This document shows, one piece after another, positions 48,572-57,789 of a stretch of DNA of 64,000 nucleotides. The notes beneath the pieces were generated by a model that was given only the letters and a program-made list of their open reading frames with translations, was not told the origin of the DNA and did not search any database. The DNA is from PVC group bacterium (GTDB taxonomy: Bacteria; Omnitrophota; Gorgyraeia; B26-G9). The translations under genes and the position numbers were made by a program. Numbering within the stretch: the stretch's first letter is position 1; every line of letters starts with the position of its first letter. The stretch is from NCBI GenBank assembly GCA_024231215.1, contig JAAEQR010000195.1, positions 433,349 through 497,348 on the forward strand, written 5' to 3'.

Positions 48572-49135
48572 ATGAAGAAATATTTAGGTTTTACTTTGGT
48601 GGAGTTACTTTTATCTGTGGTAATTATGAGTGTTGTTTTTTTAACTGTTTACAGTACTTTTTCTTTAGGTGTTGAAGCTTGGAAAAAATCAGGCAGTAGA
48701 AATGTCTATGAAGCCAGAACGATCTTGAGTCAGATATCCGAAGATTTGCGCTCGGCATGTATTCCGGTAAGTAAAGAGCAGAGATTTTCTTTTAACGGCA
48801 ATGCTGCTTCGTTGAGTTTTGTTACTGCGGCTTCATCTCATACCGGTATGAATAAGGTTAGATATTATGTGACTCCCGGTAAATTCAATGATACGCGTTC
48901 ACTGGTCTACCGGGTGGATGATATTTTAAATACTGATATCAATGCTTTAGGAAAAGTACAGGAACTGACTGGTACTCTCAATGTTTTATCTTTTTCTTAT
49001 TATGATGGAGAACAATGGCTGCGTGCCTGGAATTCGGCGGAGACAATGCCGCAGGCAGTACAAATATCTCTGGCTTTGCAGGATGATTCCGGCAGAGAAG
49101 AGTTTTCTGCGGTTGTAGAGGTTTCTTGCAATTGA
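48572..49135 (+). CDS. gspJ: Minor pseudopilin (GspJ-like)
   Basis: G/FTLVELL and C-terminal FSYYDG..W...W.....P.AV motif. Confidence 0.78.
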   Translation: MKKYLGFTLVELLLSVVIMSVVFLTVYSTFSLGVEAWKKSGSRNVYEARTILSQISEDLRSACIPVSKEQRFSFNGNAASLSFVTAASSHTGMNKVRYYVTPGKFNDTRSLVYRVDDILNTDINALGKVQELTGTLNVLSFSYYDGEQWLRAWNSAETMPQAVQISLALQDDSGREEFSAVVEVSCN

Positions 49136-49200
49136 GCAAGCCCAAAGGGCGGGTCGAATGGATTAGATATGAAACCGGATGAAGTTTTAGGGAGACTGCT

Positions 49201-50118
49201 TTGAAGATGAGGCAAAGAGACAGAGGTTCGGTACTAGTAATGGCATTGTTTGTCGTTTTTTTTCTGGCGGCAATAGCTTTGAAACTTTCGCATGTTATGC
49301 ACTTGGAAATAGAATTGACACAACGACATATTAAGAGACTGCAGTCTTTTTGTTTAGCGCGCAGTGGTTTTGTGCTGGCGATAGAGGATTTGAAAAAAGA
49401 TATGGTGTTAAATGATGTTGATTCATTTAATGACAGTTGGCGTACAACATTTCAGGGGCGGCACCGACCGCGAGTTCATAAACTTTATGATACTGAAGGA
49501 GAATTGGCCGGAACTTACTCCATCAGTATTAATGACGAGAGAAGTAAAATGAATTTAAATTCTGCATCGTCGTATTCATTGGAAAAATTATTGGGCGCGT
49601 TAAGAATAAGGAATAGTCGGATTATTGCTAAAGCTGTTATATCTTACAAGCAAAGCCGCGGCTACGATAAAAAATTTTTAAGTATAGATGAGTTGCTGCG
49701 GATAGAAGAAATTGATGAAGAAATGTTTTTTGGGGATGATTCTGCGGGTGAAGGCGATATAACTGCTTATGGGTTAAAAGATTGTTTGACTGTTTATGCG
49801 GATGGGAAGGTAAATGTAAATACTGCACCGCTGCCTGTATTGATGAGTATGCCGGGTATGAATAGAGAACTTGCCGATATATTGATCAAAGCCCGCGAAG
49901 AAGCAGTGTTTGCAAAGGTTGATGATTTAAATAGACTTGCATTTGTAAATAATGGGATGCATCAGGAAATATTTAGCTGGGCAGCTGTGGAGTCTAATAT
50001 ATTTAATATCAAAGCATCTGGACAGGTGGAAAAGGCAAATACAGCTAGACAGATTACGGCTATTATAGATCGGGCTCAGGAACCGGTGAAAACGTTAAGC
50101 TGGCAAGAAGGTGAATAG
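49201..50118 (+). CDS. gspK: Minor pseudopilin GspK
   Basis: RGSVLVMAL, DERSKMNLN and GKVNVNTAP (HhH) motifs. Confidence 0.85.
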   Translation: MKMRQRDRGSVLVMALFVVFFLAAIALKLSHVMHLEIELTQRHIKRLQSFCLARSGFVLAIEDLKKDMVLNDVDSFNDSWRTTFQGRHRPRVHKLYDTEGELAGTYSISINDERSKMNLNSASSYSLEKLLGALRIRNSRIIAKAVISYKQSRGYDKKFLSIDELLRIEEIDEEMFFGDDSAGEGDITAYGLKDCLTVYADGKVNVNTAPLPVLMSMPGMNRELADILIKAREEAVFAKVDDLNRLAFVNNGMHQEIFSWAAVESNIFNIKASGQVEKANTARQITAIIDRAQEPVKTLSWQEGE

Positions 50119-50196
50119 TGAATAGAACACTCTATAGATGAAATTTTTTACGATTCACGAAATACTAGATGCGAGATACGAGACAAGGAGTATTAT

Positions 50197-51354
50197 ATGA
50201 TGATTCCCTGGAGAAACTTTAGACGGTTTGGCCAGAAAGTGCTTAAACAGCCGGGGTATGCCTTTGCCGTAGCGGCAAAAAGGATCAAAGCTTATTTGGC
50301 TTATGCGCGTTCTGACGGTCGCAGCAGTATGCCGGAGGCGATAACCTTGTTTTTAACCCATCGTTGTAATCTTCGTTGTAAAATGTGTGGGCAATGGGGT
50401 GAAAGTGGAGTTACTAAAACAATGGCCGATGCTTTGGTTAAAGAAGAGCTGGCTTTTGATGAACTAAAAAAAATGATTGATGATGTGAGCGTTTTCAAAC
50501 CAAGCCTTACGCTTTTTGGCGGAGAGCCGTTGTTGTATTCGCAATGCATTCCATTAATTGAATATATTAAAAAAAATAAAATGCATTGTTTGATGATCAG
50601 TAATGGTTCAATGTTGAAAAACTTTGCAGAGAAGTTGGTTGATGCCGGGCTGGATGAATTAAACCTTTCTTTAGACGGAGATCAACAGCTGCATGATCAG
50701 ATTCGGGGTATGCCGGAACTTTTTGAAAAAATTACGTCTGGGTTAAAATTGATGAATCAATATAAAAAGCAAAAGGGTAAAAACAAGCCTCTTATAAACC
50801 TGCAATGTACAATCACAAAATATAATTATCATCATTTAGAGAAGCTGACTGAGGTGGCGAAAGAAGTAGGAGCTAATTCGCTAACCTATCATAATCTAAT
50901 TTTCGTGGGTGATGATTTACTTAAAAAACAAGAAGCATATGATCAAATGCTTAAGTGTTCATCGAAGGAATGGGAGGGGTTTGTTATTGAGCCGGAAATA
51001 GACCCGGAACAGCTTTATAAAAAGATCCAGTATGTTTTAAGTAAGAAGTATGATTTTAATGTTGATTTTTATCCGAATCTATCTTTACAGGGATTAAAGG
51101 AGTATTATCAAAATCCTTCTTATTTGCCTTCTGAGTATCCGGGGCGATGTCTGAGTCCCTGGGTTGTATCCTATGTTTTTCCTGACGGGGAAGTAAGACC
51201 ATGTCTTAACTGCAGTTATTCTTTTGGTAATGTGAAAAATAGTTCGTTTTCTCGAATTTGGAACAACGAGGATGCCAGGCTTTATCGAACTACGCTGAAG
51301 AAAAACAAAATTTTCCCCGTATGTATAAGGTGTACGGAATTATACAGGTATTAA
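50197..51354 (+). CDS. Radical SAM protein with twitch/SPASM domain
   Basis: CNLRCKMC, GGEP, CLSPW..VRPC and CIRC motifs. Confidence 0.88.
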   Translation: MMIPWRNFRRFGQKVLKQPGYAFAVAAKRIKAYLAYARSDGRSSMPEAITLFLTHRCNLRCKMCGQWGESGVTKTMADALVKEELAFDELKKMIDDVSVFKPSLTLFGGEPLLYSQCIPLIEYIKKNKMHCLMISNGSMLKNFAEKLVDAGLDELNLSLDGDQQLHDQIRGMPELFEKITSGLKLMNQYKKQKGKNKPLINLQCTITKYNYHHLEKLTEVAKEVGANSLTYHNLIFVGDDLLKKQEAYDQMLKCSSKEWEGFVIEPEIDPEQLYKKIQYVLSKKYDFNVDFYPNLSLQGLKEYYQNPSYLPSEYPGRCLSPWVVSYVFPDGEVRPCLNCSYSFGNVKNSSFSRIWNNEDARLYRTTLKKNKIFPVCIRCTELYRY

Positions 51355-51519
51355 AAATAAATCAAAATTTAAAAGTAAAAATAATTATATTGTTCAAAAG
51401 AGATGTTTGCAATAACAATGATACAAGGTGCAATGATAGTTCGAAAGACTTGCCATTCTGAGCTCAGTCGAAGGATAAATAAAGAAATCATAGTCTTAAC
51501 ATAGATTTAATTACATGAG

Positions 51520-53598
51520 ATGAGCCTTAATTTGCATATGAAAAAACATATAACTCTCTTCATGCTTCTAGCCCTAATTTTTACCGGATGTGTAATCTAT
51601 GCCGGGGCAATAAATGGTCAATTTATCTGGGATGATCATTTATTGATCAAGGATAATGTTTATATTAAAAGCTGGAATCATTTGCAGGAGATTTTTACGC
51701 AGGATTACGGGGCTGGGGTGGGACGGGAATATCATTTGTATCGGCCGCTTCAGATATTAAGTTATGTGGTAGAACATTCTCTTTGGAAACTTGATGTCCG
51801 AGGCTATCACATTGTTAATATTGGATTACATATACTAAACAGCTTGTTTGTTTTCTTTTTATGTATGCTTTTATTCAAAGATAGAACGCTGGCTTTTATA
51901 ACTGCGCTTTTATTCCTAAGCCATCCGGTGCATACGGAGACAGTTATTTATTTATCGAATCGGGGCGATCTTCTCGCTACCTTTTTTATCTTGCTATGTT
52001 GTATTTTATATATGGGATTTCATGAACGAAAGAGTGTTGTTTTATATATTTTTATTCCCATAAGTTGTCTTGCGGCAGTATTTTCTAAGGAGCAGGGGCT
52101 GATTTTGCCATTTTTGCTTTTGATATATCATTATGCATTTGGTATTAAAATAAAAAAAGGACGATTTGTTTCAATATCTGTTTTGTTGTTTGTCTATGTT
52201 ATTTTAAGGATAACTCTTTTAAAATCATTTCTACCCGGAGCCTCGGCGGCAATAGGGATGCCTCAGCGGATACCGGGATTTTTTGCCGCAATCACAAATT
52301 ATCTAAGGCTTTTGATCTTACCGGTTGGTTTGCATATGGATTATGGTAATAATATGTATGCGGTATTTCACCCGTTGGTATTAATCGGTATAGGGATAAC
52401 CGGATTGGCGATAAAAGCAGCTGTAACTTTCAGAAAACAAAATCCGCTTTTTACTTTTTCTATACTGTGGTTTTTTGCAGCATTATTACCGTTTTCAAAT
52501 ATCTATCCGCTACCGTTTTATATGTCAGAACACTATGTTTATATCCCTTCTATTGGTTTTTTGCTTATTGTTGCTTATGGGGTTCGACGTTTTTTAAAAA
52601 CCCCGGGGATGCTTTGTCGCATAACAATTTTAGGATTAGGTATCGTGGTTGGAATATTTGGGATATTGACTATAAGGCAAGCTGCTTATTGGAAAGACCC
52701 GATTAGTTTTTATGAACGCACACTACAGTATGCTCCGGATAGTGCGCGGATTAATCACAATCTTGGTGATATATATAACATAAAAGAGGAGTTTGATTTA
52801 TCAATAGGGTATTATGAAAAAGCAATAAAGCTTGATCCCAATCAGCCGGATACATATAACAGTTTAGGAGTTGTTTATCAGAAACAGGTGAAGTTGCAAG
52901 AAGCAGAAGCTTTATTTAGGCAAGCTTTAAAAATTAATCCTAAATTTATTGATGCTCGTAATAATCTAGGCGTAATATATCATAAACAAGGGGAGTTGGA
53001 TAAAGCACTTAGGGAATTCAAACATGCTTTAGCGATTAATCCTAATTACACAAAAGCTTATCTTAATTCCGCTAGAATTTATTATGCGTTAGGACAAAAA
53101 GAAAAGGCAGTAGATTGCTATAAAAAAGCATTAGAAACTGATCCGTCTGATAGTGGAATATACTATACGCTTGGAATTTTGTATCATGAGATGGGACAGG
53201 CAGATGAAGCGATCGGGATGTTTAAAAATTCCTTGAGAGGCAATACTCAGAATGTAGATGCATATTATAATCTTGGGGTTGTTTATGCGAAACAGGAGCA
53301 ATTTCAAGAGGCCATAGCGATGCTTAAGAAGGCAAAGTCTATGGATGAATCAGCGGCGGATATATGCTATGCATTAGGTTCGGCGTACTCCAAGATGGAA
53401 GAAATTGCTCAGGCTATTGCTGAATATGAAAAAGCATTGAAAATTAATCCAAATTATGCTCAGGCACATAATAATATTGCCTTGTTGTATTTTCATAATC
53501 AGGAGTATACTCGTGCTTTAGAACATTGTGAAAAAGCTTTATCTTTAGGAGGTATTGTGAATCTAGAGCTATTGGAAGCTTTAGAGCCGTATCGTTAG
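51520..53598 (+). CDS. TMTC-like GT-C membrane glycosyltransferase with C-terminal TPRs
   Basis: FIWDD loop, YRPL, HPVHTETV and SKE motifs, multi-TM, many TPR repeats. Confidence 0.85.
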   Translation: MSLNLHMKKHITLFMLLALIFTGCVIYAGAINGQFIWDDHLLIKDNVYIKSWNHLQEIFTQDYGAGVGREYHLYRPLQILSYVVEHSLWKLDVRGYHIVNIGLHILNSLFVFFLCMLLFKDRTLAFITALLFLSHPVHTETVIYLSNRGDLLATFFILLCCILYMGFHERKSVVLYIFIPISCLAAVFSKEQGLILPFLLLIYHYAFGIKIKKGRFVSISVLLFVYVILRITLLKSFLPGASAAIGMPQRIPGFFAAITNYLRLLILPVGLHMDYGNNMYAVFHPLVLIGIGITGLAIKAAVTFRKQNPLFTFSILWFFAALLPFSNIYPLPFYMSEHYVYIPSIGFLLIVAYGVRRFLKTPGMLCRITILGLGIVVGIFGILTIRQAAYWKDPISFYERTLQYAPDSARINHNLGDIYNIKEEFDLSIGYYEKAIKLDPNQPDTYNSLGVVYQKQVKLQEAEALFRQALKINPKFIDARNNLGVIYHKQGELDKALREFKHALAINPNYTKAYLNSARIYYALGQKEKAVDCYKKALETDPSDSGIYYTLGILYHEMGQADEAIGMFKNSLRGNTQNVDAYYNLGVVYAKQEQFQEAIAMLKKAKSMDESAADICYALGSAYSKMEEIAQAIAEYEKALKINPNYAQAHNNIALLYFHNQEYTRALEHCEKALSLGGIVNLELLEALEPYR

Positions 53599-54281
53599 CG
53601 GATATGAAAGAGGCTTTTGATTATTAACCAGGTTAATTTGAACAGACTTTTCCAGGCTACCATTTTAGAAGCTCCTGCTTTTCTCGCAGCATAAGGTATT
53701 GCTATCTCCATTATTTTCATTTTATTCCGCTTAGCTTGTACTAAAAGCTCAAAATCAGGCCAACTGTCCTCTTGTAACTTATCAATAAGCTGGGGAATGC
53801 GAAAAGCTTTCATGCCGCAGAGAGTATCGGTTAGAGGTTGTTTAAGGGCCAGGGAGAATATGCGGGCAGTAAGTTTGTTTCCTAATATTTTGGGAACAGA
53901 AAAAGCTCCTTTTTCAAAGGGGTATATAAAACGGCTGCCATTTACAAAATCAGCTTTTTTATTGATTATAGGAGCAATGAATTTAGGGATTTCCAGTGGT
54001 GGAGAAGTGTAGTCTGCATCTAGTATAATGCCAATATCTCCGGTAGCATGTTGTAATCCGGTGCGAATTGCAAATCCTTTGCCACGGTTTTTTTTGTATT
54101 CAATAACATTAATTTCGGATGGAGTTATTGTTTTAGCTACTTGAGCTGTCTTATCGGATGATCCATCATCAATGACAATTATTTCTGTTTCATGGTTCAG
54201 AGGCGGAATTTTTTGAATACAATTTATTATATTTTCAGCTTCATTATAGCAGGGGATAAGGATTGATATTTTTTCGGTCAT
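53595..54281 (-). CDS. GT2 glycosyltransferase (polyprenol-phosphate glycosyltransferase-like)
   Basis: IPCYNE, DDGSSD, GKG, DAD and DTLCGMK motifs. Confidence 0.88.
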   Translation of the reverse strand: MTEKISILIPCYNEAENIINCIQKIPPLNHETEIIVIDDGSSDKTAQVAKTITPSEINVIEYKKNRGKGFAIRTGLQHATGDIGIILDADYTSPPLEIPKFIAPIINKKADFVNGSRFIYPFEKGAFSVPKILGNKLTARIFSLALKQPLTDTLCGMKAFRIPQLIDKLQEDSWPDFELLVQAKRNKMKIMEIAIPYAARKAGASKMVAWKSLFKLTWLIIKSLFHIR

Positions 54282-55873
54282 AATTTATAGATGCCCATAA
54301 TTTTTAAATTACCGACTTTAATTGTGTGATATTCTTCTAGTAAAATACGTTTTTGCCAGCGGTAATTGGTTATAAGATAATCTGCTGTATGCTCGTTATC
54401 TACATAAGTTATTTTCTTTCTTTGTGATATAGGAAGTATTTTAGCTGTATCTTTTCCCGGGAGATTTGCCGCATAAATTTTAATATTAGGTCGTTGGTCA
54501 TTATTTAAGATGAATTCCAGGGCTTGTCGATACGATAGCCCCCAATAGTCTAATTCAAAATTACCTTTTGCTGCATTCATGTTGTGTCCCATTAATCCAT
54601 TGAAATATACATTTTGATGTGGATGGTTCTGGCGCATAAAATTCATAATAATAGCCATGTTTATAATACAGATGAAAATAAGAGCTGCTCGGGCAATAAT
54701 TAGATGTTTTTTCGAGATCACATGTGCAAGCTTTAAATAGAGGTAAGACAATCCATATAAACTGATTAAGAGTAAGGCCGGGTATATAAAGAATAAATGT
54801 CGCCATGCATCATAAGAGCCGGGTTTTATGATTATGATTCCAATTAAGGGGACGCACAACCAGGTTATAATAAGAAGTTCTGGTTTTTTGTTTTTAAGAA
54901 ACTCACGGGGAGTTTTTATTAAGAGAAAGAATAGTCGGGTAAAACCAACCAAGAAAAAAGCAATGTAGAGCAAAGGAGTTGATATTAATATCCAGACAAA
55001 GCTGTAATGCCAGGGTAATTGCGTGGCTTTTATTTGTTTGCCAAGGTAGAGAACCGGCCATTCCCACTGATAACTGCGTGTATGCGTGAATGCCTGGGTG
55101 AGTGAGAGAAAAGGTGTTTTCCATAGAAGCGGCCAGAAGAAAATTATCAATGCGATTAATGTGGTACTGTACACAAGGAAGCTTTTAATTGGTTGCTTTA
55201 TTATTTTTTGATTTTTTCTATCGGGGAATATATTTGCAATATATATAACGCTGGTATATATAGGTATGAGAATCCCGGTTGTTCGTATGTCTATTAGGAT
55301 AGCGCAGGTAAATGCATGCAAGATAGCGTATGGAATTGTTTTCTTTTCTAAAAATAAAAAGAGTGTATACATGCTTATGATATAGAAAGATAGGAAAGGT
55401 ATATCCATTGAATTGTAGAACGCATGAGCGAATATGCGTGGGCTTAAGACCAGGAATATTACCCCGAGTATGCTTAGCCAGGGGTTTTTAAAACAGTATG
55501 TACCCAAAAGGTAAAAGAAAATAAGTCCGATAAAGAAGAGAATGAACGTACATAAGTGCCTAAATAATATGGTATTATGCGAATCTGAAAGATCGATTAT
55601 TTTATCGTGCAGGAAAAATAAGAAAACTTCAAATGCCGGCCCGTGGACCAGGTCATGATGTTTGAACGTCAGGTCAGTTATATCAGGATGTGAGAGGTCT
55701 CCTTTCTCGAAAACTTGGATAACATAATTTCCCCAGCGTTTTCCGAATTCTTGATTCTGAATTTCATCCCAGTGCAGTCCATAGTCTTTATAGATGTTCA
55801 GTCCAATAATAAAAATGATAAATAGAACTAGGCAAAGGAAATATTTGGGTGTTTTATGGTTTAGTTTTAGCAT
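54278..55873 (-). CDS. GT-C (ArnT/PMT-like) membrane glycosyltransferase
   Basis: WDE in first loop, multi-TM, SPRIFAHAFYN..D, YDAWRH and DYWG motifs. Confidence 0.72.
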   Translation of the reverse strand: MLKLNHKTPKYFLCLVLFIIFIIGLNIYKDYGLHWDEIQNQEFGKRWGNYVIQVFEKGDLSHPDITDLTFKHHDLVHGPAFEVFLFFLHDKIIDLSDSHNTILFRHLCTFILFFIGLIFFYLLGTYCFKNPWLSILGVIFLVLSPRIFAHAFYNSMDIPFLSFYIISMYTLFLFLEKKTIPYAILHAFTCAILIDIRTTGILIPIYTSVIYIANIFPDRKNQKIIKQPIKSFLVYSTTLIALIIFFWPLLWKTPFLSLTQAFTHTRSYQWEWPVLYLGKQIKATQLPWHYSFVWILISTPLLYIAFFLVGFTRLFFLLIKTPREFLKNKKPELLIITWLCVPLIGIIIIKPGSYDAWRHLFFIYPALLLISLYGLSYLYLKLAHVISKKHLIIARAALIFICIINMAIIMNFMRQNHPHQNVYFNGLMGHNMNAAKGNFELDYWGLSYRQALEFILNNDQRPNIKIYAANLPGKDTAKILPISQRKKITYVDNEHTADYLITNYRWQKRILLEEYHTIKVGNLKIMGIYKL

Positions 55874-55883
55874 GAAATATTAT

Positions 55884-56522
55884 TCATCCTTCTTGTTTTG
55901 ATAGTTCTTGTCGTAAAATTATGCGGCTGTCATAGACAAGTAAGCAAAAACGAATTAGATTAGTAGCTAAAAGTATATTTGCTCCGGAGTAAAGGATGAT
56001 TTTTAAATATGATAGTGTTATTTCTGTTCCGGAGAGAGATTGTAAGGATATGACTATTCCACCTAAGAAAAAGATAGCTATTTTAAGGATTAAGTATGCT
56101 ATGCGGGAAAATTTGGAAGCGACTAATGCTTTTCCGAGTTTAGACTGGTGCATGGAGAAAGTGGAAATCCCCTGTCTTACCCAGAGAAATCTTATGAAAT
56201 CAGAAATTAATGAGCGGGCGATGAAAATAAGTGGCACATATATAGGGATTAGTCGAACAAAGGCAAAAAAGATAAGCAGTAGGTTTTCGGTTATTCTATC
56301 GCCTAAAGTGTCTAACATGCCTCCGACTAATGATGATGTATTATTTTTTCTGGCTAAATAGCCGTCTACTCCGTCAAGTATCGCGGCAACACCTAATAGT
56401 ATTACCCCTATGATGTTGTGCGTGAATGAAGGCATAGAAAAGAGTACGAGTACAATAAAAACCAGAATGATTCTGATAAATACTATTGTGTGAGCAATGT
56501 TATTAGTGAGCCACTTGAGCAT
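55884..56522 (-). CDS. CDP-alcohol phosphatidyltransferase family protein
   Basis: Signature DGVDGYLAR.....S..GGMLDTLGDR. Start at MLKW. Confidence 0.88.
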   Translation of the reverse strand: MLKWLTNNIAHTIVFIRIILVFIVLVLFSMPSFTHNIIGVILLGVAAILDGVDGYLARKNNTSSLVGGMLDTLGDRITENLLLIFFAFVRLIPIYVPLIFIARSLISDFIRFLWVRQGISTFSMHQSKLGKALVASKFSRIAYLILKIAIFFLGGIVISLQSLSGTEITLSYLKIILYSGANILLATNLIRFCLLVYDSRIILRQELSKQEG

Positions 56523-57579
56523 ATTTATGGGCCTCGGTAAAAGATTTGTATAGAGAACCGGCAATAGCACTATAAGCATCGCAGGGGCTCCAGCAAGAAG
56601 GACATATATTATTAGAGCATTCGTAACTTAGCTGTTTTGCGTGGGGACTGTCCCAGAGTTTAGATAATTCTTCATGATTGGTTTTTATATTACAAAGTTT
56701 TTTATTGAATATAGCACAGGGGTAAATATCTCCGTATGGATCCAGGAAACATGTAGACGATAGTGCTTTGCAAGGTAATGGGCATTTTTGGGTTTTGAGA
56801 TATTTTGTGTATAGTTTTAAATATGTTCGGCGGATATAACTGTTAATTGATAATTTTTCTTTATCCATATTGAGTATATTTTTAATTGTTTTAATGAGTT
56901 GAGTGTTATCGAGTAGAGGTGTATCCAGATTGTCATAGTAAAATCCGGATTTTTGAAAAATATTGATTGTTAAATCATCAAAGCTTAAAGCCGGAAAATT
57001 GTCTTTGATTGCCTGCCAGGTCTGAGGAAAACTGTTCATGTTTTGATGAGAAATCGTAAATCCGATACGGGGTGTAACCGGGCCGGGGAGACTTTTAAGA
57101 TAAATGAAGGTTTCTATGGCTTTTTCCCAGACATCGTCTCGACCTCTAATCTTATTGTGCAGATCAGGTGGGCCATCCAGGCTGACTGTAAAAGCAATGG
57201 CGAGGGAAGGTTTTTTATTTTTAATATGTGCGACTATTTCCTTGATTCTTGGCAGGCAAGTACCGTTTGTGGCAAAATGAATATGGGAAAGCCGGGAACA
57301 ATGTTTTAATACAATATCAATGGTGTCTTTAAGGTTTTCTTTTAAAAAAGGTTCTCCACCGGTAATGCCTAGCCAGGAAAAAGCATTGGAACTAAAGAAG
57401 AAGCGTTCAAGTTCTTCCAGAGATAGTTCATTTTCCACGGGGGGTTTTTCCCAAATATTACACATTTCACAGCGAAGATTGCATTTATAAGTAACTGCAT
57501 AGGAAAGTTTTAAAGGAAATGCTAATCGTTTAAAATTTGAGGTGACAATTGAGTTTAAAATGTGAAGTTTATTTGTCAT
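56503..57579 (-). CDS. Radical SAM protein with twitch domain
   Basis: CNLRCEMC, GGEP, C..DPYGDIYPC and CPSCWSPC motifs. Start at MTNKL (57579). Confidence 0.88.
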   Translation of the reverse strand: MTNKLHILNSIVTSNFKRLAFPLKLSYAVTYKCNLRCEMCNIWEKPPVENELSLEELERFFFSSNAFSWLGITGGEPFLKENLKDTIDIVLKHCSRLSHIHFATNGTCLPRIKEIVAHIKNKKPSLAIAFTVSLDGPPDLHNKIRGRDDVWEKAIETFIYLKSLPGPVTPRIGFTISHQNMNSFPQTWQAIKDNFPALSFDDLTINIFQKSGFYYDNLDTPLLDNTQLIKTIKNILNMDKEKLSINSYIRRTYLKLYTKYLKTQKCPLPCKALSSTCFLDPYGDIYPCAIFNKKLCNIKTNHEELSKLWDSPHAKQLSYECSNNICPSCWSPCDAYSAIAGSLYKSFTEAHKYAQVAH

Positions 57580-57591
57580 ATATAAGTAATG

Positions 57592-57617
57592 GTAGGGGCG
57601 GATTCTTGTATCCGCCC
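57592..57617 (+). repeat. GTAG-type REP-like hairpin
   Basis: GTAG-GGGCGGAT-TCTTGT-ATCCGCCC, a perfect 8-bp stem. Confidence 0.65.
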
Positions 57618-57789
57618 GATATTTTTTTAGTATATAACAATCAGGAACAGATTTCAAGGAGATTGAAATCTGCTTTTTTGTTTGCAAAGTATATCATATT
57701 AATTTATTATAATATATACGGAAGGACTGATGCAAAACTCACATGCAAATTTTGCAACAGCCCAATAGATGTAAAGGTATGGAGGCCGG

